From the NCBI GenBank assembly GCA_963822445.1, contig CAWGHO010000002.1, positions 2,080,001 through 2,144,000 of the forward strand: DNA of 64,000 bases, read 5' to 3'. This document shows positions 49,919 to 58,659 of this stretch, piece after piece. Source of the DNA: an uncultured Acidobacteriota bacterium (lineage in GTDB: Bacteria; Acidobacteriota; Thermoanaerobaculia; Gp7-AA8). A program made the position numbers and the translations under genes. The notes under the pieces were generated by a model. The model did no database searches. It was given only the letters and a program-made list of their open reading frames with translations, and was not told where the DNA came from. Numbering within the stretch: position 1 is the first letter of the stretch; the number at the start of each line of letters is the position of its first letter.

Positions 49919-51706
49919 ATGGCCTTGCCTATTCGGATCACAGGCGTCGACTTCCACAACTTCAAGGCGTTTCAGCAGTACTCGGTCACTCTTCATAATC
50001 TGAACATCATGGTTGGCCCGAACAACAGCGGGAAATCGACGATTCTGGGCAGCTTTCGTGTACTTGCGGAAGGTCTACGACGGGGTCGGAGCAAGACACC
50101 CGAATGGATAACTGCTCATGGGAAGCGTCAGCTTGGCTACACGATCCCAACGGACGCGATATCGATATCACTCGAAAACGTCCACACCAACTATTCCGAC
50201 GAGGACAGTTGGGTTAGGTTCCATCTCTCCAATGAGAACTCGCTCGATCTGTATTTCCCCCATGACGGAGGTTGCTATCTACTAACGAACAGCACAAATA
50301 AGTACGTTCGGACCAAGGCCGACTTCAAGAATGAGTTTCCCGTGACGGTCGTGCCCGTGCCGGTGCTTGGACCCGTCGAGCACGAAGAACAGGTCGTGGA
50401 ACGGGAAACCGTCCGAACTGGCCTGAACACCCATCGCGCCTCGCGCCACTTCCGCAACTATTGGTATCTCAATGACGACGGCTTCGATGACTTCGCGGCT
50501 CTAGTAGCGAGGACGTGGCCCGGAATGGAGATCGAAAGGCCGGAGCGGCCCGGCGCGATGGCACAATATCTCGTAATGTTCGCGCTGGAGAATCGCATTT
50601 CGCGCGAACTGTATTGGTCCGGGTTTGGCTTCCAGATCTGGTGTCAGCTGCTAACGCACATCTCGCGGGCGTCGGCCGACACCCTACTTGTCATTGACGA
50701 GCCTGAGATCTACCTTCACCCGGACGTTCAGCGGCAGCTCGTGTCCGTGCTGCGTGACGCCGGGCCGGACATTCTGGTTGCCACGCATTCGACAGAGATT
50801 ATGGGTGAAGCGGATCCATCCGAGATTCTTGTCGTTGACAAAACGAAGCGGTCGGCTCAACGACTTCGCAATGTAGAAGGCGTGCAAGCGGCGATGCGCA
50901 CGCTAGGCTCGCTTCAGAATTTTACGTTGGCACAACTAGCGAGGACGCGTCGAGTGGTTTTTGTCGAAGGGCTTTACGATCTCAAGATCGTTCGACGGTT
51001 TGCGCAGCGTCTTGGTCACGCTGATGTTGCGTCGGGGACACCTTTCACTCCGGTTGAGTCCGGGGGTCTCGGATCGTGGGAGCGCATTCGGGGAACCGCC
51101 TGGGGGATCGAGAAGGCGCTGGGTAGTACTCTGGCTGTAGCTGCCATATTCGATCGCGACTACATGTGTGAGGAAGAGGTCGCCGCGATGGAGGCTGACT
51201 TGGGTCAGCATCTTCGATTTGCGCACATACACGCTCGCAAGGAAATAGAGAACTACCTGCTTGTGTCGGCCGTTCTTCAACGAGCTTTGGTCCGAGCCGT
51301 CAAAGATCGCGCCGGCGACGGTGGTGCCAACGCAGTACCGCCCACGGCAATTCAGACTTTGCTTGACGAAATCACGGAGGCTGTGAAGACGGAAGTGCAG
51401 GCCCAGTACGTCGCCAGGCGATCGTCGTATCTGGCGCGCGACCGACGCGGTGCGGCAGCAATCGCTACGGAGACACTAAGGTGGTTTGAGGATCGCTGGC
51501 GCGACCTCGATCGTCGGCTCGGAATCGTACCCGGCAAGGACGTCTTGGGCACCTTGCGCGCAAAGGTGCAGGAGAAATGGGGTGTCAATCTTACTGATGT
51601 TCGGATCATTGGTGAGTTCAGACGCGATGAAGTTGCCCACGATATGGTTGCGTTGATTACCGCGTTGGAGTCTTACAAAGGTGGCAAGAAAGCGCACGGC
51701 GTCTAA
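49919..51706 (+). CDS. Cassette 10: ABC-type ATPase-TOPRIM protein (OLD/PARIS-like nuclease)
   Basis: GPNNSGKST, SGFG, IDEPEIYLHP and ATHS; TOPRIM motifs FVEGLYD, FDRD and KEIENYL; stop in R''. Confidence 0.88.
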   Translation: MALPIRITGVDFHNFKAFQQYSVTLHNLNIMVGPNNSGKSTILGSFRVLAEGLRRGRSKTPEWITAHGKRQLGYTIPTDAISISLENVHTNYSDEDSWVRFHLSNENSLDLYFPHDGGCYLLTNSTNKYVRTKADFKNEFPVTVVPVPVLGPVEHEEQVVERETVRTGLNTHRASRHFRNYWYLNDDGFDDFAALVARTWPGMEIERPERPGAMAQYLVMFALENRISRELYWSGFGFQIWCQLLTHISRASADTLLVIDEPEIYLHPDVQRQLVSVLRDAGPDILVATHSTEIMGEADPSEILVVDKTKRSAQRLRNVEGVQAAMRTLGSLQNFTLAQLARTRRVVFVEGLYDLKIVRRFAQRLGHADVASGTPFTPVESGGLGSWERIRGTAWGIEKALGSTLAVAAIFDRDYMCEEEVAAMEADLGQHLRFAHIHARKEIENYLLVSAVLQRALVRAVKDRAGDGGANAVPPTAIQTLLDEITEAVKTEVQAQYVARRSSYLARDRRGAAAIATETLRWFEDRWRDLDRRLGIVPGKDVLGTLRAKVQEKWGVNLTDVRIIGEFRRDEVAHDMVALITALESYKGGKKAHGV

Positions 51707-51897
51707 CTACTGCCAGAAGCTGGCACGGCCCGGCTTCGGTCCGGCGGCCGAGCCGCCTACATTCTTGCCAGCGTGACGGCGTCACGGCGGTTGCAGTTCG
51801 GCAGGCGTTACATGCAACTTCTCGCCGGCAACCGCCGCGCCGCTCGGGCTTCGGCACGTGGGCCCTGGCCGTGCAGCTTAGGCGATAGACGTTAGCC
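51701..51897 (+). repeat. attC 10 (197 bp)
   Basis: GTCTAAC ... GTTAGCC. Confidence 0.92.
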
Positions 51898-52032
51898 GGA
51901 CGAATCGCGATCTGCGCGCTAGCACGCTTTCTCACGAAGCTTCGCCTCCTTGCACGCTCACCGTTAGCAGAGTTTGGTCGACGGCGCGGCGCTGGTTAGC
52001 TGAGAACACGCTAGTCGAACCATAATATCTAT

Positions 52033-53112
52033 ATGTCAGTTGACCATGAGACATATCGGCTGGTGCACTATACCAATTCACCACAGGTTATCGGCTCGAT
52101 TCTGCGCTACGGCTTCTTACTTGTCCCGAACAAACGCTACCTCATAAATGCGCTGCTCGGGGAGGATCTGTTTGCAGAACGCGAACCTCAGGAGTTCGGC
52201 ATGGTTTCATTTACCCAACTGCCGGTCGCCGAGGCTACGGCGCACCGTGAGCGTTTCGGCCGTTTCGGCATCGTCGTTTCATGGGATTGGGCACTGTCGC
52301 ATGACGCGCAGCGAGTCGTCTACGTCGACGAAGGTGGTCCGATCGCGGCGACACTCGCCTGGCTCTTCCGCCTCGCGAAGCAGGAGTTGGAGCGTGCTAC
52401 CGACGGCGCTCCAAGCTCGGAGACGCTGACAAACAAAGCGTTGGCCTTCACGAAGGGTTCAACACTGTATGCGCGCCTACTCACGCTGTACGAATACATG
52501 GAACCGGAGCGGAGCTCTGGCCAGGTCGAATGGCGAATAGTCAACAAGATCCCTCAGCACCACGATACGGGAAAAGAACGCGGTGAACTGGTCCGCGAAC
52601 TACTTGAGATTGTGAAAATGTGGAAGAACTTTGGCTCTATCCGGCTGACGCCGAACGACGTTCACGCTTTCATCGGTCCTCGCGGCGCGAAGGCCGAGCT
52701 CGAAAGTGAGCTCCCCGAAGAATTCAAATCGATACCAGTTCTCACGTATCGGTCCGGAGATCGCCTCTCGCGTCTGGGGAGAGCGCGCGAACGGGCGTTG
52801 TTCGCCCATCGCGGTCGTGAGCGCGTCGTCGAGGTCGAACGGGAGCCACCGCCAGATGTTATCTGGATCACAAAGAATTCGAATGCAGCTTACTACTTGC
52901 CAGAGGTCGGCCGGATGTGGGGCGGACGGCTGTTCATCGACGAACTTGACGCGGCCATCCGAATGATCTTTCAGTATCAAAGCACTACCGGGTTTCTTTG
53001 CGAACTCGCAATACCTGTACGCGATGCGCTATACCTGTTGAACATTCTCAAGGCGATGCAACATGACAACGGTCTCGATCGTCTCAATCCGTCGAATAAC
53101 GCCGGTCGGTAG
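52033..53112 (+). CDS. Cassette 11: AbiGi-like (abortive infection) protein with C-terminal extension
   Basis: LVHYT...SILRYGF, MVSFTQLP...H...FGRFGI...WA...VVYV and EWRIV match the AbiGi pattern. Confidence 0.7.
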   Translation: MSVDHETYRLVHYTNSPQVIGSILRYGFLLVPNKRYLINALLGEDLFAEREPQEFGMVSFTQLPVAEATAHRERFGRFGIVVSWDWALSHDAQRVVYVDEGGPIAATLAWLFRLAKQELERATDGAPSSETLTNKALAFTKGSTLYARLLTLYEYMEPERSSGQVEWRIVNKIPQHHDTGKERGELVRELLEIVKMWKNFGSIRLTPNDVHAFIGPRGAKAELESELPEEFKSIPVLTYRSGDRLSRLGRARERALFAHRGRERVVEVEREPPPDVIWITKNSNAAYYLPEVGRMWGGRLFIDELDAAIRMIFQYQSTTGFLCELAIPVRDALYLLNILKAMQHDNGLDRLNPSNNAGR

Positions 53113-53120
53113 CGCCGGCC

Positions 53121-53317
53121 GGCTAACTACTGCCAGAAGCTGGCACGGCCCGGCTTCGGTCCGGCGGCCGAGCCACCTGCATAATCGCCAGCGGGACGGC
53201 GTCACGGCGGTTGCAGATCGGCAGGCGTTGCATGCAACTTCTCGCCGGCAACCGCCGCGCCGCTTCGGCTTCGGCACGTGGGCCCTGGCCGTGCAGCTTA
53301 GGCGATAGACGTTAGCC
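53121..53317 (+). repeat. attC 11 (197 bp)
   Basis: GGCTAAC ... GTTAGCC; near-identical to attC 10. Confidence 0.92.
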
Positions 53318-55066
53318 CGACGAATCGCGCTCCACGACGGGCTTCGATCCACGCGCAACTTCCACGATGGCGTCGAGAACCTCGCGCACCTCCGGTGCAA
53401 TTTCGTCGTGTGAGACGAACTGAGCGAGTGTGTGATAGTCGCTCTTCCGCATCAAGTTAGGTAGGCCGATCCGCGCGAAGAACTTCGCAAAGACGGGATC
53501 CAGAAAATCGTCACTCGCTTTAATGTCCGCAGAGAATGGCAGCGGCCGACCAAGCGTGGCTAAAGCCGACGAAACCTCATTGATCGATTCAGTCATGGCC
53601 CGCCGGAGGCGATCGCGCTCGGCAACTTCGAATAACGGTCCTGCCATCATTCCACTGGCGTTCGATTCGGCGAATGCTAGTAATGCTCGCTGGGTGGTGA
53701 TGTAGTTCTCGAGTTCGCGTTGCTTCCACATTATCTCGCGAAGCGGCTTTCCCGTTTGCAAGGGTAAATCGACCCGATCAAACAATGCCACGCCGACGAG
53801 ATCTGGTTTTGCTTCCCGAATACCATAGAAGTGATCCCGCGCTTTGGGTGGCTGGTTCGCGACGTAGTGCACGAGTGGGCGATCGAGGATCGTCGCGGCA
53901 GGATGGTCCAAAGCGCGAGCCAGCGCCCGCAATATCGCGAGATCCGTGGAGCCCTCAAGGTAGAGCACCCAGCCGGTAACTTCTGCCTGATAATATTGCT
54001 CGAATCCGATCTCCTTTAACGCCTTCTTTAGTTGGGCGCCGCGATCGTCGATGCGGTGGGGTTTGCCAACAAATGCAACAACCACGTCGCGATCGGCAGC
54101 CTCATTGAGAATGACTTCCGAATGACTAGCCGCGACTATTTGACACCCTTGCTTAGCAGCGATGTCAGTGAGTAACTGGTACATCTCGCGTTGCCGCAGA
54201 ATCTCGAGATGGGCGTCTGGCTCGTCAAGAAGCAAGACGGTCTTCGGGTTTCGATAAATCTGTGCGAGAAGCAGAAGTATTTGCTGAAGGCCGCGGCCGG
54301 CGGATGACAGATCTAATTGGGTTCCTGACCGCTCGCGGTACGTCATGCGAATTTCGCCGCGTTCTGGTATGTATTCCGGCGGATCTAGTTGAATTCCGAA
54401 GAAACGGCGCATGTGGTTCAGCAAACTTGGCCATTGGTGACCGCCATTCTCTTTAAAAACCTCAAAGCATAAGTTCCGCAGAACTTCAGCCGTACGCCCT
54501 TCCCCGATCCTGACATTGATTGCACCGGTGTCAAGGCGGGTTTCTTGTGCAGCAAGACCTGACATCGCAGGAAGGAACACGACGTTCGTGTCGCCTGCCG
54601 CCTCAGGCACTGGCATGCGCTGCGGTGAGCGATCGTTAGTGAGACGTAACGGTCGGCAGTAAAGCGACTCCTCGTTAGCGTAATCGAACTCTAAGCCACA
54701 CTCCCATTCGCCATCGAGCGAGACACCGGAAACGATGATGTCGATACGTACGTTTTGCGTTTGCGTCTTGCCTTCAACCTTCTGGACGTCACGTACGTGA
54801 AGGTCTTTCCAAAGATGGTTCGAGGTCGGCACAGGAAGCGCGACAAGATCTCGACGGTTGATCGTGACACCAGGTCGCTTCTCGGGCGTATCGCGACCAG
54901 AACGCTTTTCGTTCCAGCGCTTTAAGCCGACGTTCCAGAGGGCGAGTGCTTGAAGGGCGGTGGTCTTCCCCGAGTTATTGGGCCCAATAAATACGACTGT
55001 CTGGCCCATCTCGACCTGTACCTCAGCGAGACGTTTGAAGTTGCGTACGGTTAAGCCGGTCAACAT
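53312..55066 (-). CDS. Cassette 12: antisense-oriented ABC-type ATPase-TOPRIM protein (OLD-like)
   Basis: GPNNSGKTT, SAGRG, LDEPDAHL and ASHS; YLEGSTD, FDR and RELENY; stop is the TTA of the R' core. Confidence 0.88.
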   Translation of the reverse strand: MLTGLTVRNFKRLAEVQVEMGQTVVFIGPNNSGKTTALQALALWNVGLKRWNEKRSGRDTPEKRPGVTINRRDLVALPVPTSNHLWKDLHVRDVQKVEGKTQTQNVRIDIIVSGVSLDGEWECGLEFDYANEESLYCRPLRLTNDRSPQRMPVPEAAGDTNVVFLPAMSGLAAQETRLDTGAINVRIGEGRTAEVLRNLCFEVFKENGGHQWPSLLNHMRRFFGIQLDPPEYIPERGEIRMTYRERSGTQLDLSSAGRGLQQILLLLAQIYRNPKTVLLLDEPDAHLEILRQREMYQLLTDIAAKQGCQIVAASHSEVILNEAADRDVVVAFVGKPHRIDDRGAQLKKALKEIGFEQYYQAEVTGWVLYLEGSTDLAILRALARALDHPAATILDRPLVHYVANQPPKARDHFYGIREAKPDLVGVALFDRVDLPLQTGKPLREIMWKQRELENYITTQRALLAFAESNASGMMAGPLFEVAERDRLRRAMTESINEVSSALATLGRPLPFSADIKASDDFLDPVFAKFFARIGLPNLMRKSDYHTLAQFVSHDEIAPEVREVLDAIVEVARGSKPVVERDSSG

Positions 55067-55127
55067 CTTCTGGTTACCTTACCGCAAAGGCTCGAGCAGA
55101 GTGAAGCTGCCGAGGCGGAGTGACGCG

Positions 55128-55316
55128 GGCTAACTACTGCCAGAAGCTGGCAGCGGGCCGTTCACCGCACCCGGCGGCCGAGCCGCCTACCTCGTCCCGA
55201 GACGCACGGCGTCACGCCGCTTGCAACCGCGCTAAAGTCAAATGCGGCAAGCGGCGTGCCGCGACTGCCCGCCGGCACGCGGGGCCTCGCTGCAGCTTAG
55301 GCGATAGACGTTGGGC
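55128..55316 (+). repeat. attC 12 (189 bp)
   Basis: GGCTAAC ... GTTGGGC. Confidence 0.92.
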
Positions 55317-55510
55317 CGACCTAAGTTCCGCGAACCTGGCGACTCGCCAGGAGGTGAAGCACACCAGCACGGCTCGGTGGGCGAGCGATCGAGCGCCGAC
55401 GGGACTAGCATCCTGTCGGCCGCAGGCCGATAACTCACGCCATCTGAGTCAGTTAGAAACAAACCTCGACCTCACACCAAAAATCGGCACCAGTACAAAC
55501 TCGCATCTGC

Positions 55511-55543
55511 TTGACACTGGTGTCGGGATGTCGTACAACATCT
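55511..55543 (+). promoter_or_regulatory. Putative promoter and operator of the DGQHR gene
   Basis: TTGACA-N17-TACAAC; near-palindrome GATGTCGTACAACATC covers the -10. Confidence 0.55.
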
Positions 55544-55635
55544 CCGCCTCACGTCCGGCTGATGAACCATCACACCTGTGATCCGCGGTCAACAGGCTCG
55601 AAGGTCAGGTCGGCAACCGGCAGAAAGGTCTCACT

Positions 55636-56796
55636 ATGAACGAAGTACTCGATCGTGCTGTCCCGTCTCGAACCATCGTCGAGATTGTTCCTGACAAGGT
55701 GTACTCCACTTGCATCACGCCGTCAGCTGTGGAAGTCGTTCTTTTCATCTCTACTTACGATACCCAGGACCCGAAGTCGCCCGCTATTAATCAGCATGGA
55801 TACCAGCGGCCTCCCACGGCCACGCGGTTCCCTGAGATTGCTCAGTATTACCGCACTGCAAACAATAGCGATCGGATCCCGCCGCTGCTCATTTCAGTGC
55901 GTCTCAGTGAGCCTGACGAAATCGCGGAGTTTCTCGAACTTTTAGAAGCTGGCTCGTTCGAACGCATCCACGAGCAATTCGGTTCGGATGTCATGAGCGT
56001 CATTGACGGTCAGCACAGAATGCGTGGGCTCACCTACGCCTGGCGACAGGATCCTGCGTTTTCTCCCCCCATTCCGTTGATACTCTATTTCGGTCTTTCA
56101 TTTTCGGAAGAAGCGGAATTGTTCAACACGATCAATGCGACTCAGCGCAAGCTGCCGAAGGCATTGATTGAAACAACTCGTGGCGACATCACCGAAGTGT
56201 CTGACCTAGGGTACTCGCAGTTGATCAGGCGGGTTGCGTTCAGTCTGTGCCGTGATCCGGACTCACCATGGGGTCCGATTGACGGGCAAGAACAAATCAA
56301 CATGACCGGAGTCCGCGACCCGAACCGATCGGTGACCTACGAAGGTCTTCGGCGGTCAACGTCACACATGTTCCCGAGCACGCTACTCGAGCGACTCCGG
56401 AATATCGATCCGAATCTTCCGACGAGTCTTGCAAAGCGCTACTGGAAGGCAGTAAGCGAGGCCTGCACAGAAGCGTGGTCTGGTGAACCATCCGAGATGG
56501 AAGTCATCGATCCGGAGACTGGCGATGCTGTAGTAGTCCCCATCAAGTATCGCCTTAAGGATCTTGTTGGCGTTGCGGCTCTCTCCAAACTCGGTGCGAA
56601 CATCATCCAATCGCAGATCGACGGTAACCAGGCGAACCGACTGGAACAGCTCGCAGCGAAGCTGGCCGACGTCAACTGGGCCAAGGACGCCGCAAACCCG
56701 TGGATGCGTAGCCAGGCCGGTTTTGCGGGCCAGAAGGACTTGTATGAGATGTTATACAGGCTCGTTTATATGGATGAGCGCCCCGACGATAGGTAA
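55636..56796 (+). CDS. Cassette 13: DGQHR-domain (DndB/DpdB, ParB-like) protein
   Basis: GYQR, VIDGQHR and EAELFNTINATQRKL motifs; GAAAGG RBS. Confidence 0.9.
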   Translation: MNEVLDRAVPSRTIVEIVPDKVYSTCITPSAVEVVLFISTYDTQDPKSPAINQHGYQRPPTATRFPEIAQYYRTANNSDRIPPLLISVRLSEPDEIAEFLELLEAGSFERIHEQFGSDVMSVIDGQHRMRGLTYAWRQDPAFSPPIPLILYFGLSFSEEAELFNTINATQRKLPKALIETTRGDITEVSDLGYSQLIRRVAFSLCRDPDSPWGPIDGQEQINMTGVRDPNRSVTYEGLRRSTSHMFPSTLLERLRNIDPNLPTSLAKRYWKAVSEACTEAWSGEPSEMEVIDPETGDAVVVPIKYRLKDLVGVAALSKLGANIIQSQIDGNQANRLEQLAAKLADVNWAKDAANPWMRSQAGFAGQKDLYEMLYRLVYMDERPDDR

Positions 56797-56863
56797 TTAA
56801 ACACAGCCGCGGCTGCACAAGGGGCCGCGGCGTCTCGTCGCAAGAGGATATGTGCCCTCGGCG

Positions 56864-57062
56864 GCCCAACTACTGCCAGCACCTGTCGGCGGGCCGTTCG
56901 CCGCGCCCGGCGGCCGAGCCGCCTGCACCACTCCGAGACGCACGGCGTCACGCCGCTTGCAGATCGCGCCCGCCGACTGAATCGTTAGTTGCGGCAAGCG
57001 CCGCGCCGCTTCCGTCGCTCGCACTCGGGGCCTCGCCGCAGGTGAGGCGATAGACGTTAGCC
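56864..57062 (+). repeat. attC 13 (199 bp)
   Basis: GCCCAAC-TACTGCCAGCACCTG ... CAGGTGAGGCGATAGAC-GTTAGCC. Confidence 0.92.
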
Positions 57063-57097
57063 AGACGAAGGCGAATCATGAGAGTTACAATAACGCC

Positions 57098-58423
57098 GTG
57101 GACTTCGCGCGGCAACTCATCGAATTGCTTATCGGGTACGCCGTGCGCTGGCGTACGCGCGGCGGCTTTTTACGAATTGCGGTTGTACTCATTGCAGGAA
57201 CGGCGGTAGTTGCACGCAGCGTCCCGGTCTCTATCATCGTTACTGTGTACGCGTGCGCGGTAGTCGTTGTGTTGTGGGTGGTGATATGGGCCATTGGGTC
57301 GGGCCGGATCCCGATCCCGCGAACCGGCACTACCGTCGTCTTTGCCGTCGATGTGGACGTTGAGGCGGAAAGGAACTTTAGACGCATCTTCGCGATGCTG
57401 AAGACTGAGATCGATTCGCTAGAGCTCACCCAGCCGATCAGGCTACGCCGAATCGCGTCCGACCTAGTGGATAGTAAGCGCGCCGCGGCGGAATACTCAA
57501 AGAACTTCGTGGTGGACCAGGTTGTCTGGGGGACGGCCTTGGCTGGCAAGATTCACAACGAGAAGATTCAGAGCTTTGATATTCGCTATCATCACCGCGT
57601 GTCGGAAGAGCTCGGCCTCGACATTAAGCGTGTAATGGCAGACGTGAAAACGCTTGCATATGGTCGCACATGGAACATAAGAGAAGTAGAGGAGTTGATC
57701 GATGTCCGCGTAGTAGCCGAGGACTTCCTCGAGTTGTCGCTCGGCATTATCGGAATTATGCTCTTTGTCACGGATCAATTGGAGGACGCTGCTGTTGTGT
57801 TCGCCAGGGTGGTCGTCGGACTTGAGCGTCATGCCGGCTTGAACCCTACTGCTGAGCGTCATAGGCAAATCGATCGATTTCGAGAACTCCTGTCCGACGT
57901 GCGCATAACGCTGGCCGTTCAGGCACACGACCGTGATAACCACGAGCAGGCGATCGCGCTTCTCCGCGCTGTCCTTGCGAAAGCTCCTAACGATTTGAAC
58001 GCGCTTACGCTCATGGCGCGCTGCTATTATTATCTGGACAACCGCGCGCGGGCGATTGCCTATACCGAACAGATCCGCAATATTGATCCCCAAAACCCCG
58101 TCGCGCTGTCGAATCTCGCCTTCTTCGCTCTTCTGCAAAAGGACTACGAACGCGCAGGCCAGTGGTATGACGAGTTCATGGCGTCTGACGACGAGAACGC
58201 AGATTATGTCGCATCATCGGCGTCCGAATTTCTGGAGGAGAGGTTCGACGAGAACCCAACCGAGTATGGGTATCTTTACGCGCTCGCAATTCTCAACGAC
58301 CGAACAGATAGTTCACTGATGTGCAGCGATCTCGCGGGTTTCGTCCGAGCGACGGAGGGTGATGCAGCTTACGAACCGTTAAGAACGCGTGCAAAAGCGT
58401 TGCTGGCCAAGAACGCTGGCTAA
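57098..58423 (+). CDS. Cassette 14: two-TM protein with C-terminal TPR repeats
   Basis: Two N-terminal hydrophobic helices; TPR patterns (AIALLRAVLAKAPND, ALSNLAFFALLQKDYERA); stop in R''. Confidence 0.8.
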   Translation: MDFARQLIELLIGYAVRWRTRGGFLRIAVVLIAGTAVVARSVPVSIIVTVYACAVVVVLWVVIWAIGSGRIPIPRTGTTVVFAVDVDVEAERNFRRIFAMLKTEIDSLELTQPIRLRRIASDLVDSKRAAAEYSKNFVVDQVVWGTALAGKIHNEKIQSFDIRYHHRVSEELGLDIKRVMADVKTLAYGRTWNIREVEELIDVRVVAEDFLELSLGIIGIMLFVTDQLEDAAVVFARVVVGLERHAGLNPTAERHRQIDRFRELLSDVRITLAVQAHDRDNHEQAIALLRAVLAKAPNDLNALTLMARCYYYLDNRARAIAYTEQIRNIDPQNPVALSNLAFFALLQKDYERAGQWYDEFMASDDENADYVASSASEFLEERFDENPTEYGYLYALAILNDRTDSSLMCSDLAGFVRATEGDAAYEPLRTRAKALLAKNAG

Positions 58424-58616
58424 CTACTGCCAGCACCTGTCGGCGGGCCGTTCGCCGCGCCCAGCGGCCGAGCCGCCTAGACCGCTCCGAGACGCACGGC
58501 GTCACACCGCTTGCAGATCGCGCCCGCCGACTGAGTCGTTAGTTGCGGCAAGCGGCGCGCCGCTTGTGCCGCTCGCACTCGGGGCCTCGCCGCAGGTGAG
58601 GCGATAGACGTTAGGC
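58418..58616 (+). repeat. attC 14 (199 bp)
   Basis: GGCTAAC ... GTTAGGC; near-identical to attC 13 and 17. Confidence 0.92.
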
Positions 58617-58659
58617 GCACGAAAAACAGGGTAGACGTACAATAGCGGCCCTCGGCACC

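Noticed and set aside
51960-52002. Extra GTTAGC motifs inside cassette 11 (and GTTAGCC at 45081) as additional att sites
   Set aside because: No matching RYYYAAC or L-box arms, so they do not define cassettes.
55551-55630. Possible hammerhead ribozyme (CTGATGA ... GAAA) in the DGQHR leader
   Set aside because: No stem II closes between CTGATGA and a GAAA, and stems I and III do not fit the topology. Kept only as a generic structured leader.
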